DNA from: Myxococcota bacterium
Lineage (GTDB): Bacteria > Myxococcota_A > UBA9160 > UBA4427
DNA length: 64,000 nt
Assembly (NCBI GenBank): GCA_965250285.1
Contig: OZ252299.1
Coordinates: 2,528,001-2,592,000, forward strand
Direction: 5' to 3'
The notes under the pieces are model-generated. The model was not told the DNA's origin, did no database searches, and was given only the letters and a program-made list of their open reading frames with translations. This document shows positions 47,261 to 57,146 of this stretch, in pieces; positions within the stretch are counted from its first letter, which is position 1, and the number at the start of each line of letters is the position of its first letter. The translations under genes and the position numbers were made by a program.

Positions 47261-48013
47261 GTGCCATTGAGCGATGGATCCGATGACGCGCGGAGCGCGA
47301 TCCTCGAGAGGATCGCGCGCTTTCGCACGATGGACGAGGAGGTCCCGCCGGTCTGGCAGGCGAAGCGGGACCTCGCGGCATCCGTGCGGGAGCTGCTGGA
47401 CTGCATCTGCGCGACAGACGCCGGGGAAGCCAACCTGCGGGATGCGTCGAGTGCGATTCGCGAGATGGCAGAGCGATTTGCGAAGACCCCACGCATGACC
47501 GATCCACCCGGCGTGGCCGAGACTGCACTCGCGGCGGGGGGAACGTTCTCGGGCATGGAGACGTTCCACGACCGGAGCCCGGTGGTCGGCCGCTCGAACC
47601 CGATCGCCCCGCCGCTGCATCTCGTTCCGGACGCCGAGACGGGCCTCGTGACCGGTACCGGCTTCTTCGGCAACGCCTACGAGGGCGCGCCCGGGTGCGT
47701 GCACGGGGGATTTCTGGCCGCGGCCTTCGACGAGCTGCTCGGGATGGCCTGCATCTTCTCGGGCAACCCCGGGATGACCGGTACGCTGGAGATCCGCTAT
47801 CGGAGCCCCACGCCCGTCCGCACGGAACTTCGCTTCGAGGGACGGCTCGACCGGATCGAGGGGCGCCGGATCCTCACGAGCGGAGGCGTGTGGGCCGGCG
47901 AGGTCCTGTGTGCGGAGTCGACCGGGGTCTTCGTGTCGATCGATGTCGGCAAGTTCCAGGAGCTGAACGAGCAGCGGCGCCGGCGCCTCGAAGAGGGGGA
48001 GGCAGGCGCCTAG
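47261..48013 (+). CDS. PaaI/hotdog thioesterase
   Basis: YEGAPGCVHGG..FDELLG, YRSPTP. Confidence 0.88.
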   Translation: MPLSDGSDDARSAILERIARFRTMDEEVPPVWQAKRDLAASVRELLDCICATDAGEANLRDASSAIREMAERFAKTPRMTDPPGVAETALAAGGTFSGMETFHDRSPVVGRSNPIAPPLHLVPDAETGLVTGTGFFGNAYEGAPGCVHGGFLAAAFDELLGMACIFSGNPGMTGTLEIRYRSPTPVRTELRFEGRLDRIEGRRILTSGGVWAGEVLCAESTGVFVSIDVGKFQELNEQRRRRLEEGEAGA

Positions 48014-48189
48014 GCGACGCGTCGGCCCGGTCGGCGGCTCCGCCCATTCCCGGCGCCGTCGCTGATCGCGTCGACCGGGTACTCCGCCGCAGCACAGCCA
48101 GGACCCGACTCGGCCGCTCGCTGGTCATGCGTGTGCCTTCTAGATGCGCTATTTCCTTTAGAGTAATACTGATTCTGTCACGAGAAGCC

Positions 48190-48840
48190 ATGACATCGGA
48201 ATCTCGAAAATCGGGCGGAAGGCGTCTCGAGCGCCGAGAGATGGAGGCCGCTCTTCGCCGCGCCCACGTGCTCGATGCCGCAGCCGCCGAGTTCGCGGAG
48301 AAAGGCTTCGATGGTGCCCAGGTCGGTGCGATCGCAGCCCGTGCCGAGGTCTCCCTCGCCACCGTCTACGCGCTGTTCGACTCCAAGGAAATCCTCTTCG
48401 AGTCGGTCATCGAGAAGACTGCCCACGCCATCCGAGACACGGTCCGCAGCAAGGTGGAGGGCATCCCGGATCCGCGGGAGCGACTTCTCGCGCTCGTCGA
48501 CGCGCTATTCGCTTGCTTTGCCGAGAATCAAGACCTGCTTCGCATCTACGCGCGGGGTACGCATGGGCTTCCCTGGCGGATTCGACAGTCGATGGGCGAC
48601 CGGGCCCAGTCGATCTTCGCAAGCTTCGCCGAGTGGGTCCGGAGCCTGACGACCGAAGCCACCGCCACGGGGTCGCTCCGAGGCCTCGATGCGGACGCGC
48701 TCGCGCTGACGTTGATCGGCTCGGTGACGACTGCTGCCGCGGCGGCCGTCGAGGGAACGACCGCTCAGTCCCTGGAGGTCACCGCCGGCCACGTCCGGGC
48801 CGTCTTCGAACGTCTCATCGATGCGGGAGTCGCGAAGTGA
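48190..48840 (+). CDS. TetR/AcrR family regulator
   Basis: VLDAAAAEFAEKGF..IAARAEVS..TVY..FDSKE. Confidence 0.92.
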   Translation: MTSESRKSGGRRLERREMEAALRRAHVLDAAAAEFAEKGFDGAQVGAIAARAEVSLATVYALFDSKEILFESVIEKTAHAIRDTVRSKVEGIPDPRERLLALVDALFACFAENQDLLRIYARGTHGLPWRIRQSMGDRAQSIFASFAEWVRSLTTEATATGSLRGLDADALALTLIGSVTTAAAAAVEGTTAQSLEVTAGHVRAVFERLIDAGVAK

Positions 48841-49931
48841 GGCCGGCCCTCGTTCTCCTGGCCTTCGCCCTGGTCGCGTGCGGAGGGGGCGAGACCGCGC
48901 CGACGGCCGAATCCCGCACCGGCCCGGAGCCGGTCTCCGTCGCGATCACCCGCGTCGATCGGGATTCGATCGTTCGGACCCTCGTCGGCACGGGGACTCT
49001 CGCCGCGCATAAGACGACCGACGTCGGGCCACGCGTGACGGGCATCATCGAAGAGATCCTCGTGCGGGTCGGCGACCGCGTCGATGCGGGGGCGCCGCTG
49101 TTTCGAACGCGATCGTCGGACTACGAGATCCGGGTACGCCAAGCGCGCGCGCAGGCGCGGCTCGCTCGTGCCGAGGCCGCGAGAATGGAGCGAGAGCTCC
49201 GCCGGATCGAGAAGCTCCATGCAGATGGAGTCGCGTCGGAAGGCGGGCTCGACGAGGCTCGGACGGCGTTCGAGACGACCGCCGCGCGACGAGATGCCGC
49301 TGCCGCTGCGCTCGCCGAGGCGGAGCAGAACCTGAAAGACACCGAGGTCACTGCACCCTACACGGGTGTGATCACGCACCGCTACGTGGATGAGGGTGCG
49401 ATGATGAGCACGATGATGAGCGCCACGTCGAAGGTCGTGCAGATCATGAAGATCGACGTGGTCGCCGCGATCGTGCAGGTGCCGGAGGTTCATCTCTCGC
49501 AGATCGGGGTCGGCACTCCTGCCCGCGTCACGGTCGACGGGGTGTCGGGTGTGTTCGAAAGCCAGGTCCACATCCTGAACGATCGCGTCGATCATCGCTC
49601 GCGCGCGGTCGAGCTGCGGCTTGGCATCCCCAATCCCGACTACACCTTGAAGCCAGGGCTCTTCGTGCGCGCGGAGCTCATCCCTCCTCCGCGTGAGGTC
49701 TTGACGGTGCCGCGCGAGTCGGTGCTCGGCCCCCCCGACGCCCGTTACGTGTTCGTCGAGGAGGACGGCGTCGCTCGGCGCCGTGCCGTTGTGGTACGCG
49801 AGCTGGATACCCGACGGATGGAGGTCGTCGAGGGACTCGTTCCCGGCGACGACGTGATCGGTGGCCCGCGACTTTCGCTGGTGTCCGACGGCGCGCCGGT
49901 CGAGTCGGAGGTGCCTCTTGCGGATCGCTGA
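48837..49931 (+). CDS. RND periplasmic adaptor lipoprotein
   Basis: Lipobox LVAC, VGDRV..G, APYTG, LKPGLF, GL.PGD. Confidence 0.9.
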   Translation: MRPALVLLAFALVACGGGETAPTAESRTGPEPVSVAITRVDRDSIVRTLVGTGTLAAHKTTDVGPRVTGIIEEILVRVGDRVDAGAPLFRTRSSDYEIRVRQARAQARLARAEAARMERELRRIEKLHADGVASEGGLDEARTAFETTAARRDAAAAALAEAEQNLKDTEVTAPYTGVITHRYVDEGAMMSTMMSATSKVVQIMKIDVVAAIVQVPEVHLSQIGVGTPARVTVDGVSGVFESQVHILNDRVDHRSRAVELRLGIPNPDYTLKPGLFVRAELIPPPREVLTVPRESVLGPPDARYVFVEEDGVARRRAVVVRELDTRRMEVVEGLVPGDDVIGGPRLSLVSDGAPVESEVPLADR

Positions 49932-52900
49932 CTTCTCGATCCGCCGTCCGGTCTTCGCGGTGATGCTCATCAGCGCGCTGGTGGGTCTGGGGGCGATCTC
50001 GATCGGCCGTCTGGGCGTCGACCTGTTTCCCAGGGTCGAGTTTCCATACATGGCGGTGACGACCGTCCTGCAGGCGCCAATCCGGAGACGGTCGAGAGTG
50101 AGGTCACCGACGTCCTGGAAGACCACCTGAACACGATCTCGGGCATCAAGCAGATCCGCTCCATCAGCTCGGAAGGGCTCTCGCAGGTCTTCATCCAGTT
50201 CGAGCTCGAGGAGAACGCGGACGACAAGGCGGAAGACGTCAGGGAGAAGGTGGCGCGCGCGGTGGCAGAGCTCCCGCCCGACGCCGAAGCGCCTGTGGTC
50301 GAGAAGGTCGACCCGGACTCTGCGCCGATTCTGTCCGTGATGGTCTCCGGCGATCTTCCCATCCGAACCCTCACCGACTTTGCCGACCGCGTCGTCAAGG
50401 AGCGGATCCAACGAGTGCCCGGTGTCGGATCCGCGCGGCTCGTCGGTGGTCGGGAGCGCGAGATCCGCATCTGGCTCGATGCACAGCGGTTGCGAAGCTA
50501 CGGGCTGACTGCGACCGACGTGATCCAGGCGATCCGCGCCGAGCACGCGGACGTCCCGGGCGGAACCCTCGAGGCCGGCGGCGCGACCACCGAGTTCGCG
50601 GTCAAGACCCGGGGCGAGGTCGACTCGGCTGGTGAGTTCGCGGAAATCGTCGTGGCCTATCGGGACGGCGCGCCCACGACCGTCGGAGACGTTGCGCGGG
50701 TCGAGGACGGCAGCGAGGACGAACGAACCTACGCCCAGCTCGACGGCGTCCGCGGAGTCTCTCTCGACATCCGCCGGCAATCGGGTCGAAACACCGTCGA
50801 GGTGGCCAGAGCGATCAAGGCCACGGTCGAGGAGCTGCGGGCCGAGGCACCTCCGGGCGTCCAGCTGGTCGTCGCGCGCGACATCTCCCGGTTCATCGAG
50901 GCCTCGGCCAACGACGTCGCCATCGACATCGTCCTCGGTGGAATCCTGGCGGTCGTCGTCACGTTGGCATTCCTGCGGAGCCTGCGCAGCACGGTGATCG
51001 TCGCAGTCGCGATCCCGGCGTCGATCGTCTCTACTTTCTTTCTCTTCTACGTGATGGACTTCACGCTCAACATGCTCACCCTGATGGCTCTCTCGGTGTC
51101 CATCGGGCTGCTGATCGACGATGCGATCGTCGTTCTGGAGAGCATTCACAGGAAGATCGAGGGCGGTGTTCCGGCGCTGACGGCGGCTTCCGAGGGGACA
51201 GCCGAGGTCAGTTCCGCGGTCATCGCCGGCACCGCTTCCGTGCTGGCGGTGTTCCTGCCGATTGCGTTCATGCAGGGGCTCATCGGCCGCTTCTTTTTCG
51301 AGTACGGCCTTGCGATCTCGTTCGCCGTTGCGATCTCTCTTCTCGTCGCCGTAACGCTCACCCCGATGATGTGCGCGCGAGTGCTGGGTCAGGTCCACGG
51401 AGGCGGCGCGATCTTCGACCTCCTGGAAGGGCTCTACGGCGGGCTCGAATCCAGCTATGGGCGCCTGCTGCGGGGTGCCTTGCGCCATCGTCTCCTCGTC
51501 GTTGGTGCGGCAATGGTTGCCGTATGGGCCGGCATGGCAGCAGCTCGGCAGATTCCCTTCGAGTTCTCGTCGAAGGCGGACCGCAGCGAGTACGAAGGGA
51601 TCGTCGAACTGCCGCCCCACGCCGGGATCGGCGAGACCAAGCGCGTCGCCCGGTCGGTCGCGCACGCGGTTGCGGGTGTGGACCACGTCGAGCACGTCTT
51701 CCTTACGATCGGGGCGGGAAGTCAGCGCAAAGTGAACGAGATGAGCGTGTACGTGGAACTCAGCCCGAAGCAGGCACGTGACGCGACGCAGCTCGCATTG
51801 ATGGACGCGGCACGGGGAGCGATGCGCCAGGCGGCGCCCGAGGCGAAGCGTGTCGGCGTCAACGAGATCGCGTGGATCTCCGGTGGAGGCTTCAGCTCGT
51901 ACAACATCGACTACGGCGTCACGGGACCTTCTCTAGACCACCTGCTGTCGATCACCAATGGGGTCGTCTCTCGGATGCGTGCCGACCCGCTCTTCGTCGA
52001 TGTGAAGTCCGGCTTCGAGGAAGGCAAGCCCGAGCTCGAGATCATGGTCGATCGTCGGATGGCCGCGGACCTCGCCGTGCCGATTCGTTCGCTGGCGACA
52101 ACGGTCCGCGCGCTGATCGGCGGAGTGGAGGTGGCGACCTTCGAGGACGAGGGCCGTCGCTACGACGTCCGTGTGCGCCTCGAAGAGAGTCAGCGCGACG
52201 ACCTCGACGAGGTGGCGCGAATCCAGGTGCGCCCGATCTCCGGGCCGCCTGTCGACCTGGCCAGCCTCGCTACGGTGAGGATCTCGAGCGGTCCCGCGCA
52301 GATCGAGCGCGAGAACCGAGGCCGCAAGGTCTCCATCTTTGGGAACACACCAGAGGGCGTGGCGCTGGGGACGGCGGCAGATCGACTCGACGAGATCGTT
52401 CGAGAAGTCGGGCTACCCGCGGGCTACGCGGGCGAGCACGCCGGGGCCGCCGAGCGGATGAGGGACTCGACAGAGGCCGTGAAATTCGCGTTCCTCCTGG
52501 CGCTGGTCGCGCTCTACATGATCCTGGCGAGCCAGTTCAACAGCTACTCCCAGCCGACGGTCATCATGCTCTCGGCCCCGCTCTCCTTCGTGGGCGCCTT
52601 CGCTGCGCTCTACGCAACTGGAATCGCCCTGAGCATCTGGGCACAGATCGGCCTGGTCGCGCTGATGGGACTGGTCATGAAGAACGGGATCCTGCTCGTG
52701 GACTACGCGAACCAGCTGCGCAGCGACGGAGCGAGTGCTCGAGACGCCATGCTGTCCGCCGGGCCGGTGCGGCTTCGCCCGGTGATGATGACGGCCTTCT
52801 CGACGATCGCCGGCATGGTCCCCGTGGCAGTCGCTCAGAGCGACGGTGCCGAGTTTCGGCAGCCCATGGGCGTTCTGGTCATTGGCGGGCTGGCGTCGTC

Positions 52901-53048
52901 GACGTTCCTCACGCTCGTCGTAGTGCCCGTCGCCTACACCCTCGTAGAGGACCTGAGCCGACTGCCGCGCCGGATTGCGGACCGTGCCTCGCGCGTGGTG
53001 GGCAGAGTGCGCGTCATCAACGGTCGATCGACCCGAGACGGAGCCTGA
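49918..53048 (+). pseudogene. AcrB-family RND permease with one-base frameshift near 50073
   Basis: N-terminus SIRRPV..DLFP.VEFP lies in a different frame from the rest; IDDAIVV, KNGIL, RLRPVMMT intact. Confidence 0.85.
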
Positions 53049-53052
53049 CGCC

Positions 53053-53505
53053 ATGACGAACCTGGAAGCGACCTACGACGCCGACGTGGCCAACCGCTTC
53101 TTGCAGATGAACGAGAAGCTGACGGGTCTGCCGGCCTTCCTCGGTGTGCGCTTCTCCGAGTTCGGCCCTGGTCGTCTTCGCGCCGAGCTCACGGTGCGCC
53201 CCGAGCTGCTGACGCCCTTTGGAAACATGCACGGGGGCGTCCTCTCCGCCGTCTGTGACCACGTGCTCGGCTGTGTCTGCTACCCGCACATGAAGCCCAG
53301 ATGGTGGGCCGCGACGACCGAGTTCAAGCTCAACCTGCTTGCGCCGGTGAGTCGGGGGACGGTTGTGGCCGAAGCAGAGATCGTGTCCATGACGCGGTCG
53401 ACCGCCGTCGTCCAGATCCAGCTCTCGAATGAGGAGCGCCTGGTCTGTCTCGCCCAGGGGACCGTGCTCATCCGCGAGCCAAGGGAGTCGAGCGGGTCGG
53501 ATTGA
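53053..53505 (+). CDS. PaaI/hotdog thioesterase
   Basis: PFGNMHGG..CD, ATTEFKLNLLAP. Confidence 0.9.
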   Translation: MTNLEATYDADVANRFLQMNEKLTGLPAFLGVRFSEFGPGRLRAELTVRPELLTPFGNMHGGVLSAVCDHVLGCVCYPHMKPRWWAATTEFKLNLLAPVSRGTVVAEAEIVSMTRSTAVVQIQLSNEERLVCLAQGTVLIREPRESSGSD

Positions 53506-53742
53506 GAGGCGGAAGGATCCGAGCAGCCGCGCTTGGACTTCAGTTCGAGTCGCCCGTTGGGCTGCCGTGGAGGCGCGATGTGACCACTGGTGACCAAGCG
53601 ACGGATTCCGATGGAAGGACGCGTCAGAGCAAGTGGCTGATGCGCAACCGGAACTACAGCGATTCGCGTAGCGCGGTGGCTGGACCCTCGGGTCGAAAAC
53701 CTGATGCTCTACTGCGCGGCGTCGCAAGTACTTGATTTCAAC

Positions 53743-53795
53743 GGCACGCCGGGAGGGATTCGAACCCCGCCCCCCAGGTTCGAAGCCTGATGCTC
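53743..53795 (-). pseudogene. 3' fragment of tRNA-Arg(TCG), att-like remnant
   Basis: Reverse complement gives CAGGC-TTCGAA-CCTG anticodon arm, GGTTCGAATCC T-arm and CCGGCGTGCC; no 5' half; IHF-like CAAGTACTTGATT beside it. Confidence 0.75.
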
Positions 53796-53837
53796 CACGC
53801 GACAGTGCTGTCTTTCGACCTGCCGTCCCCAGTGGGT

Positions 53838-53999
53838 GTGCCTCAGGGGTGCCTCAAACGAAAAAGCAGTCACGCAAGTGACTGCTTTCGTTGAGAAATT
53901 GGTGGAGGCGGCGGGAATCGAACCCGCGGCGGAACAGACAAAACCGTTGAAGAATCAGATAGTTAGCATTCCCGATGGAGGTGCGCAGGAGGTGCGCTA
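53838..53999. repeat. ssrA: att site 3 (tmRNA 3' end, 53900-53928) with arm repeats and IHF-like site
   Basis: GTGCCTCA-ggg-GTGCCTCA 53838-53856; 29-bp core; AATCAGATAGTTA 53953-53965; GTGCGC-aggag-GTGCGC 53981-53997. Confidence 0.9.
53861..53888 (-). terminator. Intrinsic terminator downstream of tmRNA 3' copy
   Basis: AAAGCAGTCAC-gcaa-GTGACTGCTTT with T-run on minus strand. Confidence 0.7.
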
Positions 54000-54249
54000 G
54001 CGACTCATTGCTCTCACGCCGCCAGGGCCTATTCCAGGAATCGCCTGCGAGGACCCTTTCGATCTCGAGGCCAAGACACTGCGAAGCGATCCGCGGGTAC
54101 ACCCGGTGAGACGGGCTCCCCCTGACTCTGTGACTCGAACTTCAGATCCGACGAAGGCCTGAGAGCCACAGGATTACGAGCCGGAACACGGGCACACGGT
54201 GATCGCGGGGGCCGGATCCCTGGGAGCCTTGTCGACGTCTTGCATTATA

Positions 54250-54271
54250 CATCTGATCAGCTATTCAGATG
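54250..54271. promoter_or_regulatory. SmtB/ArsR-type operator
   Basis: CATCTGA-tcagctat-TCAGATG; core TGATCAGCTATTCA resembles the SmtB site TGAACAGTTATTCA. Confidence 0.8.
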
Positions 54272-54293
54272 AAAAGAAATTCGGAGACTTGGG

Positions 54294-54677
54294 ATGGGCA
54301 ACAAACTCACGGGACTCGACGCCTGTGCCACGAAGATCGTCGACGAGGCCCGGGTGGAGGCGGCTCGAGCGCAGCTACTGGTGGAAGACGAGCTCGCCGG
54401 GCTCACCCAACTATTCCGCCTGCTCGGCGACGTGACCCGCGCGCGACTCCTCTACGCGCTCCTCGAGGCAGGCGAGCTGTGTGTATGTGACCTCTCGGCA
54501 GCGACCGGCACGCCGGAGACAAACGTCTCGCATGCGCTCCGTCTGTTGCGGACGGCGGACATCGTCAAGGCTCGGCGTGACGGCCGAATGATGTTCTACA
54601 GCCTCGACGACGCCCACGTTCGCATGCTCCTCGACCTCTCTCGCGAGCACCTTCGCCACTCGAACGGAGGCGACTGA
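54294..54677 (+). CDS. ArsR/SmtB family metal-sensing repressor
   Basis: ELCVCDL, VSHALRLLR, YSLDDAHV...REH. Confidence 0.95.
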   Translation: MGNKLTGLDACATKIVDEARVEAARAQLLVEDELAGLTQLFRLLGDVTRARLLYALLEAGELCVCDLSAATGTPETNVSHALRLLRTADIVKARRDGRMMFYSLDDAHVRMLLDLSREHLRHSNGGD

Positions 54678-55234
54678 TGGACGCTGCATGGGCGCAAGCC
54701 TTGCTCTACGCCAATCTCACCTCGCACACTGCACTCCTAGCCGGCGCGCTCTGGTGCATCGCCTTCCCGTCCCGCCGCATCTACCCGATGACGACGCCGG
54801 ATGGCTGGTACTACGCCATGTGGGCACTGTTTGGCTTCGTCTTCGCCACCAACCCCCTCTTCGTGTTCCTCGACTGGAACAGCGGGCTTTGGACGAGCCC
54901 GCTTCGCTTCTGGCTCGCGATGCCGCTCATCGTCTTGGGCGGCGGTCTCGTCTCCTGGGGGATGACCACTTTGGGCTCCAGGCGTACTTCGGGACTGGCA
55001 GAAAGCTTGATCGCCGAGGGGCCCTACCTGCTTACGAGGAACCCTCAGTACGTCGGCGACCTTCTTCTCTTCGTGGGAGTCATCGTCTTTTCGAACTCGG
55101 CCGTCGTCGCCGTCACGCATCTATTCACCGCCCTCGTTCTCCTCGTCGGCCCGATCGCCGAGGAGCCCTGGCTCGAAGAGCAATACGGCGATGACTACGT
55201 CGGCTACCGCAGGAACGTTCCGAGGTATCTCTGA
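54677..55234 (+). CDS. Isoprenylcysteine/phospholipid methyltransferase-like membrane protein
   Basis: GPY..TRNPQY, EEPWL..YG..Y..Y...VPRY. Confidence 0.85.
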   Translation: MDAAWAQALLYANLTSHTALLAGALWCIAFPSRRIYPMTTPDGWYYAMWALFGFVFATNPLFVFLDWNSGLWTSPLRFWLAMPLIVLGGGLVSWGMTTLGSRRTSGLAESLIAEGPYLLTRNPQYVGDLLLFVGVIVFSNSAVVAVTHLFTALVLLVGPIAEEPWLEEQYGDDYVGYRRNVPRYL

Positions 55235-55235
55235 T

Positions 55236-55877
55236 ATGCCGAATCTCGCGCTCCTACTCGTCGCGATCTGGTTCCTCGTAGTCTTCGTGATCCGAACCGG
55301 CCTCCAGTGGTGGCGAACCGGTTCGACTGGACTCAAGGGATTTCATGGCGACCCCGGGTCTCTTCCGTGGGTGGCGGGGGTCATGGTGAGTGTCGGGTTC
55401 GTCCTCGCGCTCGGGGCACCGCTCGCCGCTGTCTTGCAATGGCCTGGTGGGACCCTGCTCTTCAAGTCGGTGCTCGTCCACTGGACGGGCGCTGTGCTCC
55501 TCATGATGGGGACGATCGGCACGCTCGCTGCACAGCTCTCGATGGGTGAGTCCTGGCGTGTCGGTGTGGACGAGGGAGAGGAGACTCAGCTCGTCACGAC
55601 GGGTCTGTTTGCCTGGGTTCGCAACCCGATCTTCAGCTTCATGGGACTCTCGCAGCTGGGCCTCGTTCTACTGATTCCGATCCCCGTTGCGCTCCTCGGC
55701 GCGATCCTCTCCATCGTAGGTGTCGTTCTCCAGGTGCGATTCGTCGAAGAGCCCTATCTCCGGGAGACGCACGGCGCCGACTACCACGAGTACACAGCTC
55801 GGGTCGGGAGATTCATTCCCGGCGTGGGCCGAATCGAGTCATCGATCCTCCAAGCAGGGCAACCGGCCGATGGCTGA
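55236..55877 (+). CDS. Isoprenylcysteine carboxyl methyltransferase-like membrane protein
   Basis: SWRVG, GLFAWVRNPIF, EEPYL..HG..Y..Y...VGRF. Confidence 0.85.
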   Translation: MPNLALLLVAIWFLVVFVIRTGLQWWRTGSTGLKGFHGDPGSLPWVAGVMVSVGFVLALGAPLAAVLQWPGGTLLFKSVLVHWTGAVLLMMGTIGTLAAQLSMGESWRVGVDEGEETQLVTTGLFAWVRNPIFSFMGLSQLGLVLLIPIPVALLGAILSIVGVVLQVRFVEEPYLRETHGADYHEYTARVGRFIPGVGRIESSILQAGQPADG

Positions 55878-56499
55878 AGCCGTTCTCGCACCACGCATCG
55901 GATTGCTCCGGCATGCGCTCAGGCTCGAGGCCCTGACGATTGCCTGGAATGTCCTCGAGGCGGCCATCGCGATCACGGCGGGCATCCTTGCCGGAAGCAT
56001 CGCGCTCGTCGGCTTCGGCCTGGACAGCGTGATCGAGACCGTCGCAGCGGTCGCACTCTACTGGAGGCTTCGCGCGGAGCTGACCGGGACCGACGGCCCC
56101 GAATTGGAGCGAATGGAGCGTCGCGCTCTGCAGGTTGTCGGGTTCACCTTCCTCGTTCTGGCCGCCTACATCCTCTACGAGGCCGGAAGCACGTTGTGGT
56201 TCCGGGAGGCCCCGGAGCCGAGTCCGGTCGGACTCGTTCTCGCCAGTCTGTCGCTGATCATCATGCCGTTGCTCGCGTTCGCCAAGCTCCGCGCCGGAAG
56301 GCGTCTCGAGAGTCGCGCCCTCATCGCCGACTCGAAGGAGACCTTCGTCTGTTCGTACCTCTCCTTCGCGCTCCTGTTGGGGCTCGGTGCCAACGCGGCC
56401 TTCGGGGCGTGGTGGGCGGATCCCGTAGCGGCCTTGCTGATGCTTCCGTGGGTCGTCAAGGAAGGGCTGGAGGCGATTCGGGGAGACTGCGATGATTGA
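55870..56499 (+). CDS. Short CDF-type cation transporter
   Basis: SIALVGFGLDS.IE, ALIADS, WWADP; no C-terminal domain. Confidence 0.85.
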   Translation: MAEAVLAPRIGLLRHALRLEALTIAWNVLEAAIAITAGILAGSIALVGFGLDSVIETVAAVALYWRLRAELTGTDGPELERMERRALQVVGFTFLVLAAYILYEAGSTLWFREAPEPSPVGLVLASLSLIIMPLLAFAKLRAGRRLESRALIADSKETFVCSYLSFALLLGLGANAAFGAWWADPVAALLMLPWVVKEGLEAIRGDCDD

Positions 56500-56614
56500 G
56501 GCCGCGATTCAGGGATGTGCAGCTCCCGACGCAAATGCAGGTGGGGCGTGCTCCGCCGACGTCCGAGCTAAAGCTCGCGCGTCGAGGGGCCGACCCTAGC
56601 CGCTGGATACGACC

Positions 56615-57040
56615 ATGAATTGCACCGTCGGCAACAGACTCCTTCTCCTGCTTGCGCTGGCTCACTTCCTGACGGATGCGGGCTTCGCCGGGGCGGTGGT
56701 CCTGTGCGTCGGGCCGAACGACCACCGCGCCGTCGAGTCGCAACACACCCTGGACGCCGGCTGCCGATCCGAGTTGTCGGGGGTTCCGAGTCTGCCGGAC
56801 GTCCCCGGGCTTTCGGCCACCGACCCTCTCTCCAGCGACTGCGTCGATAGCCCGCTCCACTCGGAAGCGGAGCTGGTCTCGTCGAAGACACAGGGCGGCG
56901 ATGCACCACCGGCCGTCGCCATCGTGCCGGCCGGCTTCCGGCCTTGCGCGGGCCGGGTCTCCTATATCCGAGCGTGCGCCCGCGCGCCGGATGTGAACGC
57001 TGCGCACCGCGCAGTACGCACGACCGTCCTCATCATCTGA
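56615..57040 (+). CDS. Exported Cys/His protein upstream of czcC
   Basis: Signal-like N-terminus, LCVGPNDH, CVD, ends RTTVLII. Confidence 0.6.
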   Translation: MNCTVGNRLLLLLALAHFLTDAGFAGAVVLCVGPNDHRAVESQHTLDAGCRSELSGVPSLPDVPGLSATDPLSSDCVDSPLHSEAELVSSKTQGGDAPPAVAIVPAGFRPCAGRVSYIRACARAPDVNAAHRAVRTTVLII

Positions 57041-57146
57041 TTCGCCACGACTCGAGCTACTAGCGCGCTGCAACGACGCGTGAGTGGGCCGAAATGCCTG
57101 CTTCGCGCCGTTCGTTGTGGCTCCCTCGACAACCCTTGCTCGTGGT

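Larger units (their letters stand above)
35721..53928. mobile_element. Integrase-less cargo element (~18 kb) between att2 and att3
   Basis: Bounded by att copies and GTGCCTC arm repeats; only metabolic, regulatory and efflux genes inside. Confidence 0.7.

Noticed and set aside
48765..51695. 976-aa minus-strand ORF (also 40111-42195 and similar)
   Set aside because: Antisense shadows of well-supported high-GC genes, with no motifs.
36559..53505. Complete secondary-metabolite biosynthetic cluster or RiPP
   Set aside because: No scaffold synthase and no convincing precursor peptide seen.
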